A DNA stretch of 64,000 nucleotides from the NCBI GenBank assembly GCA_023205875.1, contig CP060756.1, forward strand, positions 1,116,001 through 1,180,000. Reading direction: 5' to 3'. Positions 39,733 through 51,576 of this stretch are shown here, piece after piece; position 1 is the first letter of the stretch, and the number at the start of each line of letters is the position of its first letter. The translations under genes were made by a program, and so were the position numbers. The notes under the pieces are model-generated. The model worked only from the letters and a program-made list of their open reading frames with translations. It was not told where the DNA came from and searched no databases. This stretch comes from Chloropicon primus. Taxonomy: Eukaryota.

Positions 39733-41281
39733 TTACTTTTTCTTCTTCTGGTACCCTTTTCCCCTTTTCCCCTTCTTCTTGAACCCCGGTTTCTTGGGTT
39801 GGCCCTGAGCGGCCCGGGCACCATTGCTGGCCTCCGTCTTGTCCTCCTCCACGACGTCTGCTACTTGGACGGACTGCACGACCTCCGCCACTTCCGCCAC
39901 CTGAGGCTTGCTGACCCCCTCCTCCATCTCCTTGGCTTTCAGCTCGTAGAACTTGGAGCCCTTCTTGGGCTCCGCTGGCTTGGAAAGTACCTCCGCGACG
40001 ACAGACCCGCCCGATTCCTTATTCTTCAACTCCCAAAATTTCTCTCCCGTCCGCTTTGGTGGCGGAGGCACCTGCTTCTGGGACACCGCCGAGACCCTCT
40101 CCACCTCCATGGCACCCGATGTGCTGGTCGCGTCCGCGATCTCCGGGGCCTTGAAGTTGGCCCGCAGGAACGCCGTCTGGCCAATGCTCAGCAAGTTGTT
40201 GGTGAACCAGTAAAGGGTGAGCCCGGCTGGAACGTTCAGGGAGAACCAGCCAATCATGAGGGGCAGGAACTTGATGATGGCGCTCGCCGTCTCGTTCTGC
40301 TGGGACTGCTGCTGCTGCCCCGAAAGGATCTTTTGGGACGCGTACTGCGTCGCGATCAGCATAAGCGGGAGGATCAGGTAGGAGGTGGCGTCGTGCCAGC
40401 CGATCGGAGGCGCGCCGTCCTGGAACGGGAAGAGCCAGGCCGATCCCGTGCCCGCCTGCCTCGCGGCTATGGTCGTGGGGCCCGCGAGGGAGGGGATCCA
40501 GAAGAAGCCCTCCGTGAGCAGGCCCTCCTCCGCCGCGTTCGTCAGACTCCTGTACAGCCCGATGTAAATGGGAAGACTGACGAAGGTTGGCAAGCAACCG
40601 GCCAAGGGGTTGACGTCAGCCACCTTGTAGAGCTTGGCCGTCTCCAACTGCAGCTTTTCCTGGTCGTCCGCGTAAAGCTCCTTCAGCTTGTTGATCTGCG
40701 GCTGCAGGGACTGGATCTGCAAGTTCGACTCCAGCTGCTTCTTGGAGAGGGGGAAGGTCCCCGCCTTGACCAGGATCGTCAAAAGGATGATGGAGAACCC
40801 GTACGAGTACGGCACGTGAACGAACTCCAGGACTCCGTCGATTCCCTTCAAGAACGTCTCAAGGACGACCGCGAAGAAGTTGAAGAAGCCCGCCTTCTTC
40901 TGAGGGTCCGCGGCCACGACGTCAGCGTCTGCGAGAGAGTACAGCGCCTGGGTGATGTGGTCGTGGAGGTGCGCCGGGTCCACGCTGTGAAGACTGAGGA
41001 GGCCAAACAGGATAAAACGAAGCACGCGCTGGTCAGGACGGCCCGCACGCCAAACGAGGCCCCGAAAAATTTACCAAGGACCACCACCTTCCCCCCACTC
41101 ACCTTTCCACCACGGCCTGAGCGCGGACGCTCCTGTCCCGCCTCCGGGTGCCAGCCACCCCCACCCTCCTCCACGTGGTCGTTCCGTTCGCCCTCCCCCT
41201 CCTCGCCGGTCCAAGGTCCGCGAGACCTTTGGGGCTCACAGAGGCACGCACCACGCCGCGGCATCCCCTCTCACCAATCAT
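39733..41281 (-). CDS. ALB3: Thylakoid insertase of the ALB3/YidC/Oxa1 family (intron 40994-41102)
   Basis: PYSYGFSIILLT, NPLAGCLP, EGFFWIPSLAGPT, FLPLMIGWFSLNVPAGL.LYW. Confidence 0.94.
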
Positions 41282-41610
41282 CTCTCTCCTCCCTCTCCTC
41301 TCTCTCTCTCTCTCTGTGGCCTCTGCCTCTGTGCCGTCCTCGTCCTCGTCCTCGCTCTGCTTCTCTCTGCTTCTCATCCACGAAGATAAGGATTGTGTTT
41401 TGGGGTGTCCGAGCATTTACACTCGCTAGACCCGACCGGAACGAGGGGAACGAAGGACTTGTTCTGCTGCAGGCTCGAGAAGGTCACCTTGGTGTCCTGC
41501 TCTACTGGAGGGGTTGTGGGCTGGCTTTCCGCCGGGTCCTTGACGGGTTGAACTTGATGGTTTTGACGAACGGCGGGGTGGAGGGGTGAGGGGGACCGTA
41601 TCACCGCATC

Positions 41611-43743
41611 ATGGCTTGCTTGAACTGGACGCAGTCGGAGTGTGGCGACGCCCGGGGTTTCCTCGAGGCCGTGACGCGGGGGAGGGAGTGCTCCGTGGGG
41701 TCGAGGGCGAGGAAACGCCGGAGAGAGCTGCACCTCGCCGAGTCCCTGGTGAGGAAGTTCGAGTCGGCCGAGGGCTCCACCTCGGTCCTCAGGGGTCACA
41801 GAGGTTGCGTGAACAGGCTCTGCTGGAGCGAGACCGGCAGGCTCCTGGCCTCGGTCAGCGACGACCTGAAGATCTTCTTGTGGAAGTTTCCGCAGTGCAC
41901 GCTCCAGGGAGCGGGCTCGAGCTGGTGCATTCCCACGAACCACAAGGCCAATATTTTCGGGGTCAAGTTTCTGCCCCTCACGAACGACGCGAAGATTGTG
42001 ACGGGGGCGATGGACTGCGAGGTGCAGCTCCACCACTTGGAGAGGGGCTGGGAGAGCGGAAACAGCTGCCACACAACGACCTTGGAGTTCCACAATGACC
42101 GGGTCAAGGCCGTGGAGGTGGAGCCCTGCAACCCGAACAACTTCTGGTCGGGGAGCGAGGACGGCACGGTGCTGCAGTTCGACTGCCGTTGCCTGCAGGA
42201 GCCGGCGCACCTCGTCACGTGCCGAGCCCACGGTGCGCCGAGACCGGTCGAGGTCAAGTTCGTGAGCATCAATCCGGTGCGACCGTACCAGCTCGCCACG
42301 GCTTGTGGGGACGAGTACGTCAGGGTGTACGACCGCAGAATGCTGTCGAGAAGCGACAGGGACGACCCTCTGATGAAGCTCACTCCACCCCACTTGGCCG
42401 TGAACGGGTCCGAGCGCAAGCGCTTGACGCACACGACGTGCGTTTCCTTTGGGAGCACAGGCAGGAGGCTGGTGGCGTCCTACCACGGCGACCACTGCTA
42501 CTCGTTTGACCTCGACGGCGAGGGGCGCCAGGACGCAGCGTTCGAGGCGGGCGGGAGGGGAGCGAGAAGGAGGGACACCGCGGGCATCCCCTGGGGATCC
42601 ATCAGTGATACCGAGTACCACGACGCCCTGGTCAGAATGAAGGTGCTTGACTTCCTGAAAAACCCTGACGCAAATCGCGTGAATGTCCCCCCAGCGGCGA
42701 CTGCTGCCATCCGGCTCTTGTCACGAGGTCTGGTCCGCTACCCGAACTCTCGGGTCCTGCTCGAAGCGAGAGCAGATGCTTTCATCGCGAGAAAGTGGAA
42801 GGGGGACGCTTCGTTTGCTCTTCGTGACATCGAGAGGGCCATGGCCTTGCAGCCTGGATATGGGGAGCGAGACCTGAAGCTGATCGTCGCCTTCGCAAGC
42901 GCGCTCCACCAATTGCAGCAGCACGAGAGCGCACGCTACTTGATGGAGAGGCACGTCAAGGGCAAGACGTTCTCGGACACGGAATTGCGAGGCCTTGTCC
43001 ATCTGCGCGGGCTTCAGGAGTCCGTGGAGGCGGCCCTCGAGGAGCGGGGAAGTGGCGGTCGAGGCGAGGGAAGTTCGCCGTTCTTGTACGACGACGACAA
43101 CGACGGAGAGGAGGACGAGGGGGGGGAGGGGGAGGACGGCCAAGGGCACCCGAGGCCAGGTGGTTCCACGGAGGAGGACGACGAGGAAATTTTGAGGAGG
43201 ATACGGGGCGACGAGCTCTCGACGAGCCTGTGGGCGAGGGAGAGCTCGAGGAGAATGTCGCAGCGCTACGTCTCTCAAGCAAACAACCAGACCGACACGA
43301 AAGAAGTCTCTTTCCTGGGGAACGACGATTCCATTGTGGCGTCCGGCTCGGACGATGGGAACGTGATGCTCTTTGACTCGTTCACGGGCAAGCTGCTCCA
43401 CTACCTCGAGGCTGACGTGAACATCGTGAACTGCGTTCAGTGCCACCCGCAAGTTCCTTGCCTGGCGACGAGTGGCTTGGAGCACGTGGTGAGGCTGTGG
43501 GAACCGAGGGCGCCCCACGCCCACAGGGCTGACCTCGAGCACCCAGGCGACAGCAAGATGTTCGTCCACTCGACCATGATGAAGATGGTCCTGAGGAATC
43601 AGGAGCAAAACAACGAGAACCATGTCAGGCCGCTCTTCTCCCTCGCGGACATCGGAGAGAATCAGAGGGCCATCTTCCGGGCGCTGGCCGACCGCTTTGG
43701 AACCACGTTTCAAGCCGACGACGAGCAGTGCAGGACTGTGTAA
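41611..43743 (+). CDS. WD40 plus TPR protein, WDTC1/DCAF6/DCAF8-like CUL4 substrate receptor
   Basis: GHRGCVN, H.ANIF.VKF, SEDGTV.QFD.R, VYDRRM (WDxR), N..TD.KE..F.G, VNCVQ.HP. Confidence 0.85.
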   Translation: MACLNWTQSECGDARGFLEAVTRGRECSVGSRARKRRRELHLAESLVRKFESAEGSTSVLRGHRGCVNRLCWSETGRLLASVSDDLKIFLWKFPQCTLQGAGSSWCIPTNHKANIFGVKFLPLTNDAKIVTGAMDCEVQLHHLERGWESGNSCHTTTLEFHNDRVKAVEVEPCNPNNFWSGSEDGTVLQFDCRCLQEPAHLVTCRAHGAPRPVEVKFVSINPVRPYQLATACGDEYVRVYDRRMLSRSDRDDPLMKLTPPHLAVNGSERKRLTHTTCVSFGSTGRRLVASYHGDHCYSFDLDGEGRQDAAFEAGGRGARRRDTAGIPWGSISDTEYHDALVRMKVLDFLKNPDANRVNVPPAATAAIRLLSRGLVRYPNSRVLLEARADAFIARKWKGDASFALRDIERAMALQPGYGERDLKLIVAFASALHQLQQHESARYLMERHVKGKTFSDTELRGLVHLRGLQESVEAALEERGSGGRGEGSSPFLYDDDNDGEEDEGGEGEDGQGHPRPGGSTEEDDEEILRRIRGDELSTSLWARESSRRMSQRYVSQANNQTDTKEVSFLGNDDSIVASGSDDGNVMLFDSFTGKLLHYLEADVNIVNCVQCHPQVPCLATSGLEHVVRLWEPRAPHAHRADLEHPGDSKMFVHSTMMKMVLRNQEQNNENHVRPLFSLADIGENQRAIFRALADRFGTTFQADDEQCRTV

Positions 43744-44034
43744 TGATATCAGAAAAAACTTCTTGTGGTGATCAGATTAAAACTGCTGTACATTAATGAT
43801 AAACGACATTACGTTCCCCCTGATTATATTACGATCGCCTTGGTTTCCTTAATCCCCATCGTGAGGGAGTGGCAAAGACAAAGATGCCCAAGGACCCTGC
43901 CCCTCTCCTCCCCCTGTGGTTTTCCTTCACTCCTCTGCACCAAAAGTTTTTTGGAGAAAGATCCCCATCCCCAAAGGCCCTTCTTCCTCCCACCACCTCC
44001 TCTACTAATCCCTCTCTCCTCTTTCCTCTCTCCT

Positions 44035-44071
<37 letters not shown>

Positions 44072-44152
44072 AATTTGCTTTGTGGCGGAGGATCATCCAT
44101 GAGATTTGCTCTGTGGCGAGGATCATCTTGAGTATGAGGCTCACATGAACAA

Positions 44153-44950
44153 ATGGCGACGACAGTGAGCTTGAGAAAGAACTTCAAGGCCTCGGGGAAG
44201 GCGACGGGCGCAAGCGCGAGGTGCCCCGTCCGGTCGGGCAGGGTGGCCAACGCGCCGAGGAGCCCCGCCCGTCGCGCCGTGCTCGAGCCGGAGAGCACTG
44301 TCCAGTACGTCGATGATCCCGGTACCGCAGGTTCAGGTTCGGAATTGTTTTCGGTGGTCGACGAGGAGAAGACGCTCGCCGCGAGCGCTTTCCCGATCAG
44401 GCCGGACGAGCTGATCCGCCTCACCAAGGAGTTCCTCGTCCTCAACAACGGGTGCGACAAGCCTGAGATCCTGGCGGACGACTTTACCTTTGCTGGCCCG
44501 GTGGTGGGCCCAATCGGAAAGGCTGGGTTTTTGCAGGCCTTCTCGGGGTTCCAGGTCGGTGACGCTTTTCCTGACATGAAGGCTAACGCCTACAACTTCC
44601 ACGTGGACCCGTTCGAGGGCAATCGGGTCTGGTTCTCCACCAGGGCCGTCGGCACGCACACTGGTGTTCTCGCCGGCTCGATCCAGCCGACGGGTAAGAA
44701 GGTTTACTCTCCGCCGCAAGCGAGCAGCGTCACGTTCAACGAGCAGGGGCAGGCGACCCAGCTGACAGCTGGCTACGTGATGGACAGGAACGTTGGCAAC
44801 ACCGACGGGCTTGGCGGGGTGTTCGGCCTCATGTGGGCCGTGGGGAAGAGCCCGTTCAAGTTCTTCCCCGAAGGCCGGCCCTGGAAGCCAAGCTTGCGAT
44901 ACAGGCTTTTCATCTTCATCTCGGGTTTCTTCGCGAAGCTCAAAAAGTGA
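44153..44950 (+). CDS. Plastid-targeted SnoaL/NTF2-like protein of unknown function
   Basis: Transit peptide; LADDFTFAGPVVGP, AFPD, GTHTG, PTGK, GYVMDR.VGNT.GLGG. Confidence 0.7.
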   Translation: MATTVSLRKNFKASGKATGASARCPVRSGRVANAPRSPARRAVLEPESTVQYVDDPGTAGSGSELFSVVDEEKTLAASAFPIRPDELIRLTKEFLVLNNGCDKPEILADDFTFAGPVVGPIGKAGFLQAFSGFQVGDAFPDMKANAYNFHVDPFEGNRVWFSTRAVGTHTGVLAGSIQPTGKKVYSPPQASSVTFNEQGQATQLTAGYVMDRNVGNTDGLGGVFGLMWAVGKSPFKFFPEGRPWKPSLRYRLFIFISGFFAKLKK

Positions 44951-45012
44951 GTGGGCCCCTCCACACAAGGAGCCGAGGGAAACTTTGCACATTTTTTTGT
45001 TACATAGGGTTA

Positions 45013-46669
45013 TCATACATTCTTCTTCTTCCTGAACTCGGCCAGCGATCTGAGCAAGTCCCTTTCGCTTCTATACAATACATACAAGAGCGTCAAACCC
45101 ACGGCTCCGCCGAACGAGACGTGCTTCAGAATCGCGCCGAGCGCCACGTCCTCCCGATTCTCGACGTGGATCTTTTCGGAAGCGTACACCGCTGCCGCAC
45201 TGACCAAAAGGAAAAGCATGCTGGTCGGAGACGGCACGGTCGATCTCGGGGAGTACTTTGCGTGCGAGAAGTACTTCGAAGTGTACACAAAGCAGTAACC
45301 AACCCGGATGAGCATGCTGAGGCACCCCGCAAGCACCAGGCCCGCTGTTCCCCCTGTCTTCACGAGCGCTACACTTATCAGGGAATGGAGCACAGAGAAA
45401 ATTACGAGCGAGATGTTGATTTGCTTCAGCGCCGCCTCGTCCGCGGTGGCGTGCATGAATGCCTCCGTCACCCCGTTCAGAGCCATGGAGCTTATGTAGA
45501 AGCAGTACACGGACAGGATGCGGGGAGCCTCAGTGAGGGCCCACTTCTTTCCGTAAGAGAACCACAGCACGGAGAAACTGTAACTCGGACCAAACGCGAT
45601 GCAGATTCCCGCAAAGACAATGACGAGCTTGACGATCAATGTCAGCAGGTCGGCTTGCCCCTGCCGGGAGTCGACCTTCTCCTCCTTCTTGTTCGACATC
45701 GAGAATGCCGTGAAGATGGCTTGCTCGAAGGGCTGAAAGGCGGTCCGGACGACGATGGAACCGAGGTTGTTGACGAGGCCGTACACACCCTGGTCGTACG
45801 GAGGTTGAAACACGGCCATGACGAACTTCTCCCCTTCGCCAAGGAAATGTTTCTCTATCGCCTGGAACGTGAAGGAGGAGTACGCGGAGAGCATCGGGCC
45901 CTCGATGTCCCCCACCCTCCTCAGGGCCAAGTACCGCAAGGACACCATGTCCCGCATCTTCCCCTTGTACAAAAAGTAAGACCAGTAGCCAACGAGAAGA
46001 GTTGAGGAGTACACTAGCGCCGCCAAGCCAAAAGCTACCAGGGGAGGAATCTTCAGCGCCGGGAGCAAGAAGATCAGAGTCGCAAAGCACTTGGCAATGC
46101 TGGCTGCCGTCTCCACCGTTACTTGAAGCCTGGACGCAAGGGCGGAGATAGGAAGGAAGCTTTGTCGTCAGGAAAACTCGTAGCTCGAGCAAGAAAAGCT
46201 CCTTCACTTACTTGAACACCAGGAGGCACGTGCTCATGATGTACGGGGGCTCAGATAAGGTTTCGATGAAGGCAGCCAGGCCGTGCAGCAGCACGCCGAG
46301 CGTGTACGAACCGTCATCAGCACCCACCCCTTCCCCGGAAAACGCATAGACGATGGAGCAAACCACGACGGACCAGAACAGCCCCTGAGGGACGCAGAAC
46401 CACGACAGAGGGACGATGCTCTTGAAGTCCGGCTCGGACTTGTTCCCGAGCTGAACCCCTCTCAGGCACGCCCTCCTCACCCCCTCTCGCGAGAAGGTCA
46501 AGATGGTCGTTGTGATCAAGTGGAACTGGATCACCGCAATTCCGTAGACTTCGGGTGGCAAGCGGCGAACGACGAGGACGTTCAGCACGAAAGTGACAAG
46601 CCTCGAGGACACCTGCGAGAACAGCAAGTGCCCGAACCCTCGAGCTATCACATCCCCCTCCACTGTCAT
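45013..46669 (-). CDS. RFT1: RFT1 Man5GlcNAc2-PP-dolichol translocation protein (intron 46130-46211)
   Basis: SRLVTFVLN, SREGVRRAC, E.LSEP.YI, KHFL.EGEK, QGVYGLVNNLGS.VVR..FQP.E, MALNGVTEAF. Confidence 0.93.
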
Positions 46670-46779
46670 GACGGTCGGGGTCGCGTTCCCTGGAGGGAGG
46701 TCGTCGTCGTTTGAATAGAAGAAAATGACAGCTGAGGAATGAATTTCTGCAGAATTTTTTATGACTAGACGACTCAGAC

Positions 46780-48138
46780 TCAGCAGCGCAGGCCTTGGTG
46801 GAGCTCGGTCCACGCGTAGGTGGTCAAGTTCAGCTGCCAGAGATCGTCGAGCCTTCCTCCTTTGCCAGACTCCTCGTCCCCGCCAAAGACCAGGAGGGTC
46901 TCTTCATGCTCTGCGAAGTCTGCCAGGAAGCGCGCGGAGGGCTTTCTTCCCGCGGAGGGCTGGATGGCCTCCCACTTTCGCTTCTTGTAATCGAACTCCC
47001 ACAGGTCGCCCAAGACGTTGGAGTTCTTGTGCTGGTGCTTCTCCGTGTCCGGATCGCCCCTCCCACCAAACAAAACCATTCTTTTGCCTTGGGGCGACGC
47101 CACGTGGTGGTGGTCCCTCTTCGCCGGCGTCGGATGGGCGGAGCCCGGTGTCCTGGCCCAACAAAGTCACGGAACAGTTCGTCAGTCGCAAGATTTCTTT
47201 AGGCGAAGACCCCTCTCCCTCACTTACCAGTCCTCCCACTTCCGGGCGCGTGTGTTCCAAGCCCAGACGTCGTTGTAGTACCCCGCATCCGCTCTGCCCG
47301 CGAAGACCACCATGTAATCAGTCACCCTCCCTTGCTCGTCCTCGATCGTCGCAACAGTGGCCGAGTGCCCGTGCCTTGGGCTTGGGCCCCCCGTGTCGGG
47401 GGAAGAGGATCCCTCGGCGAACTCCCACAGCTTCTCCCACGTGCTCAGGCTCTCGAGATCCAAGGTCCACAGGTCTCCGAGCTCCTTGCAGTGTTTCTCC
47501 TTTCCCTTCTTCGATATTTCGCACCACTTCCCGCCGAAAACGAGCATGGTGCCTCCTATGTTCACGGCAGCGGCAGCTTTCCTTCCCGGAGCGACTGCAG
47601 CGCTCCCCTCAAACTCGACGAAGCTCCAGATCGCGTTTCCGTCCTCGTCCGGCGCCATCGTCCACACGTCTGCCGGGTAGGCCGTCCCGGTCAGGCCGCC
47701 GAACATGAACAACCTGGTGGCGCTCGAATCAACGACGGCGACAGACTTCCACCTCGGCTCGGGCGTCCCAAAGTTAACGTCCGGCACGACCTCAAAGTCT
47801 CTCCACGCTTGAGGCAGGAGCTCGTACTTCTTCGTCGCCGCGATGAGCTCTCCGTGCTTTGCATCACCAGAGAAAATGGAGAGGAACGGCTCGGCCTCCC
47901 CCGTCCCGCGACTCGGGCCGCTCATGACGGCTGCAACGCCGCCCTTGGAGCACGCGGGCGGCGTGCCCCCGCTAATCTCCACCCATTCTGTCGGAACCAC
48001 AACCACGGTGACGACGAGCAGGAGGCCCAGAATCGACAGCAGCACCGCTGCCACAGGGTGAAAAGTCGCCCAATTTCTCGCCCTGCCGATGCAATTGGGC
48101 TCCCTGCCAAGAAGGTAACTCGTCTCCCTCCACGGCAT
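46780..48138 (-). CDS. Kelch-repeat protein with N-terminal membrane anchor (intron 47153-47227)
   Basis: Repeated FGG...D.W units, PSPRHGHSA; hydrophobic segment AAVLLSILGLLLVVTVVVV. Confidence 0.8.
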
Positions 48139-48475
48139 CCCTCGAAGCTGCTCTAGCGATGCCCCGGCCACCCTCGTGCCCCCTTTGCTCACGAAGCTGA
48201 GCTGCTAACTACTAGTAGCCTACTAGCAGCCACCACCTTCTCCCTCGGTTGGTTGGCGGTTTCCGTTCCAAGAGAAAGGGTAACGGTGCACGGAAGCGTG
48301 GTCAGAGGGCGCGCGCAAGGAAGGCGAGTCAGGCGGTGTCGTTTTCGTTCCAATTGCCTGAAGCAACAGTTCTCGAGGAGTTACAGTGATTGCTTCGGAG
48401 AATGAGAGAATCTTATTATTTGAACCAGAGAGAGACAGACCAGGGAGCGAATCGATCAGGCAGGAGGTGGGGGTC

Positions 48476-49438
48476 ATGCCGTACAAGCGTCGACGGCAAG
48501 AGACGACGGCAGCGGGTCCTTCGGGTAGCGCGCGATGCTCGAGGGAGGTGACCGTGGTCGCAGTGGAGCTCAGGGTCCACTCAGATGAAGACCTTTCTTC
48601 TGACTATGAAGGGAACCCTGTGCTTGCTGTGATGCAGGCGAAGGAGAAACTCGGGGCGAACATCGTGTTGCTTCCTGAGCTCTGCTTCTTCAGGTACTTC
48701 CCGCAGGAGCTGAGTGAGGAGCACTTTGCGAAGGCCGAGACTTACGAGGACAGCAAGATCCTCCACAGGATGGCCAAGCTGGCGAGAGAGACGGAGGTCG
48801 TCCTCGTCGTCTCGTTTTTCGAGAGGCAAGGCAACTGCTTCTTCAACTCGGTTTGCGTGATCGATGCGGACGGGGAAAGGCTGGGCATCTACCGGAAGTC
48901 TCACATCCCGATGGGGCCCGGGTACGAAGAGAAGTACTACTTTGCCCCCGGGGACACGGGCTTCAAGGTCTTCGACACAAAGTTCGCTGCCATTGGGGTC
49001 GGAATCTGCTGGGACCAGTGGTTCCCGGAGTGTGCCAGAGCGATGGCGCTGCAGGGTGCAGAGCTGCTCTTGTATCCAACGGCAATCGGAAGCGAGCCCC
49101 ACTGCCCAGAGCTGCATTCCCTCAGCCACTGGCAGAACGTGATGAAGGGCCACGCGGCCGCCAACATCATGCCCGTGGTCGCCGCCAATAGGCGAGGCAC
49201 TGAGACGTACAGGCACTACAACGGGGGCGAGACGTCCATCGACTTCTACGGGCACAGCTTTATCGCAGACCAGCACGGCGAAATTGTGCAGGAGGTGACA
49301 GATGAAACAGAGTTTTCGCCGAGTATTCATTGGGTGGCCCATACCTTCGACCTTGACGCCATCGAGAAGCAGAGGAGGTCTTGGGGGATCTTTCGGGACA
49401 GGAGGCCGGACCTCTACAAGCCCCTTCTTTCCATGTAA
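48476..49438 (+). CDS. aguB: N-carbamoylputrescine amidase (nitrilase family)
   Basis: LPEL, YRKSHIP.GPGY.EKYYF, ICWDQWFPE, YPTAIGSEP, FRDRRP. Confidence 0.92.
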   Translation: MPYKRRRQETTAAGPSGSARCSREVTVVAVELRVHSDEDLSSDYEGNPVLAVMQAKEKLGANIVLLPELCFFRYFPQELSEEHFAKAETYEDSKILHRMAKLARETEVVLVVSFFERQGNCFFNSVCVIDADGERLGIYRKSHIPMGPGYEEKYYFAPGDTGFKVFDTKFAAIGVGICWDQWFPECARAMALQGAELLLYPTAIGSEPHCPELHSLSHWQNVMKGHAAANIMPVVAANRRGTETYRHYNGGETSIDFYGHSFIADQHGEIVQEVTDETEFSPSIHWVAHTFDLDAIEKQRRSWGIFRDRRPDLYKPLLSM

Positions 49439-49485
49439 CGGAGAAGTAGAGTATTTTGTACAACCGATAGGACCAATTATTGCGC

Positions 49486-50232
49486 TCACAGCTTGCTTTG
49501 CATCCCGCCGGACACGACGAGAGTCTCCCCCGTGACGTATGAGGCGTCCGCAGACGTCAGAAAGGCCACGGCTCCTGCGATCTCCTCCGACGTTCCGAGG
49601 CGCTTCAGCATCGTCTGCCCCTTGAGCATGTCGGTCATCTCCTCCGTTGCCGTCAGCGCGGACGAGAACTTGGTTGGCACAAAGCCAGGAGCCACGCAGT
49701 TCACCCTGACACCCACTTCGGCCATCTCCTGGGCCACTGCTTTGGTGAGCCCGAGCAGAGCTGTCTTGCACGTGGCGTACAGGTTGAGGGGCAGGGAGGG
49801 GCTGTACGCCGTCACCGAGGAGATGAAAACGATGGAGCCGCCCTCCCTCATGTGAGGGGCCACGAGCTGGTACAGGAATATCGCCGACTTGATGTTGATG
49901 TCCACGAGCTTGTCCACGGCCTGGGAAGCCATCTCCCTGATCGTCTCCGTCGTGGGGTTGACCGCCGCGTTCGAGACGAAGACGTCAATCTTCCCGTACC
50001 GGGCCACGGTGTCGTCCACGAGAGCCTTCCTGTGCTCGGGCTTTCCCACATGGCACACCCGGCCGCTCACGCTCAGCCCCTCGGCGGTCAAGGTGGACAC
50101 CGCTCTGTCTACGTTCTCCTGCCTGCGGGAGCTCAGCACGACGTGCGCTCCATCTTGCGCAAGCCTCCTGGCGATCGCGTACCCTATGCCCTCCGTCGCT
50201 GCAGTCACAAGAGCCACTCGCTTCCCCGCCAT
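49486..50232 (-). CDS. Peroxisomal short-chain dehydrogenase/reductase, DHRS4/IBR1-like
   Basis: TAATEGIG, SSRRQENVD, SNAAVNP, YxxxK (YATCK), C-terminal SKL. Confidence 0.9.
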   Translation of the reverse strand: MAGKRVALVTAATEGIGYAIARRLAQDGAHVVLSSRRQENVDRAVSTLTAEGLSVSGRVCHVGKPEHRKALVDDTVARYGKIDVFVSNAAVNPTTETIREMASQAVDKLVDINIKSAIFLYQLVAPHMREGGSIVFISSVTAYSPSLPLNLYATCKTALLGLTKAVAQEMAEVGVRVNCVAPGFVPTKFSSALTATEEMTDMLKGQTMLKRLGTSEEIAGAVAFLTSADASYVTGETLVVSGGMQSKL

Positions 50233-50628
50233 CTTCGTCGCCTAGCCCCGCCGAAACACAATCTTTGTTCAACCCCAAAAAGGCCTTTGCTTTGCTTTGG
50301 GAGCAGCTCAGGAGATGATTTTCTTGGACAGCAGTATTGGTATTGAATAGTTTTTACATTGCTCCTTAAGTAGTAAGATGGCTGGCTGGCCGCCCTATCG
50401 CCCTCCAGAATGGTGCCGCGAGGCTCCTCGACGCCCACCCTCCTCTCTCTCCTTACGTCCTCGTGCGCTGGTCAATGAAACCTGCGGCCTGGTGGTGTGC
50501 GAGGGGCAGCCACACGGCTGCCGCGTCGTCCAAGTGCTGGGTCGCCGCCTCGTGTTTGTGTACAAATGAAAATGTCTTTGGCTGCGGCTGGCGCTGTCAT
50601 CCCTCCGCGTGGGAGGTGACTGCCAATG

Positions 50629-51576
50629 CTACGAAGCGTTAAAGAAAGCGGGCCTCGCTTGTTTGAGGTTCTGCAGCCTGTTCTCAAAATCATCCAAGGC
50701 CTCCATCTCCTGCTGCATGGACTTGCAGGTGAGGGTGGACTCCGACATGGACCTCTTCGGCAGTCCGCGCTTGTAGTTCTGCTCCTTCTCGAACCTGATT
50801 CTACTCACGACGAGGAAGGGAGTGGAGTGTGGCGCCGTCTGGTTGTTCTCGCACATGGGGGACCGCCCCCGGAGAATCTTGCTCTGCATTTCTCGGTTGT
50901 ACCTGCACTTCTCTCGAAACTTCTCTCTCTGGATCGCTGCCCTAATTTGCTTCTCGAGCTTCTGTTGGTTCCTCTCCTTCTCGATTCTCTCCCTCCTCTC
51001 TCTCTCGAGCTGCGTCACTTTCTTGTAGTGCGCCTGTATCACCCGGTGGTCGTTCTCGTAAAACGAAAGGCCCGAGCCGAACGTGTCGGTTACCCTAGCA
51101 CCGCGGTGGGCCGTGAGGAACTGCGGCCTTTCCTCCACCGTGACCACGGTATCTCCGGTGTACACCTTCTTGTGCGCTCGGGCAGACTGACCCCGACTGG
51201 GCGTGCGCTGCCAGGAGTTCACGAAGTAGCCTATGCCGCGGCTCGCGCCGTTCTCGGCGTAGAACTCGTCTTTCCGGTCTACCGAAATATTCCCGCTCGC
51301 CGTCTGAGGCCGAGTCAAGTTGAGCTCGCCTTTTTTTGTTGTTGTTGTGTGTGTGTGTGTGTGCGTGTGCAGAGTAAACGCAATTTTTTTGGTACGAGCG
51401 AACCAAAAGAAAAAAAGAATGAAGTCAAAGTCAGCGTCACGAAAGGGGACCTCCCAGCGAGCCGGGGGGGAGGGGGCAGAACCCTCATGAATACTCCTCG
51501 CGGCCCGTCGACCAAAGTCGAACCTCGCCAACTCACCTCGATAGAAAGCGGCGTAATTCTTTTTGCTATTATACAT
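50629..51576 (-). CDS. Unknown basic coiled-coil protein (intron 51330-51536); true start uncertain
   Basis: GTGAGT donor and AAAG acceptor remove a low-complexity stretch and keep the frame; charged helix in the middle. Confidence 0.55.
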   Translation of the reverse strand: MYNSKKNYAAFYRGELARFDFGRRAARSIHEGSAPSPPARWEVPFRDADFDFILFFFWFARTKKIAFTLHTHTHTHTTTTKKGELNLTRPQTASGNISVDRKDEFYAENGASRGIGYFVNSWQRTPSRGQSARAHKKVYTGDTVVTVEERPQFLTAHRGARVTDTFGSGLSFYENDHRVIQAHYKKVTQLERERRERIEKERNQQKLEKQIRAAIQREKFREKCRYNREMQSKILRGRSPMCENNQTAPHSTPFLVVSRIRFEKEQNYKRGLPKRSMSESTLTCKSMQQEMEALDDFENRLQNLKQARPAFFNAS

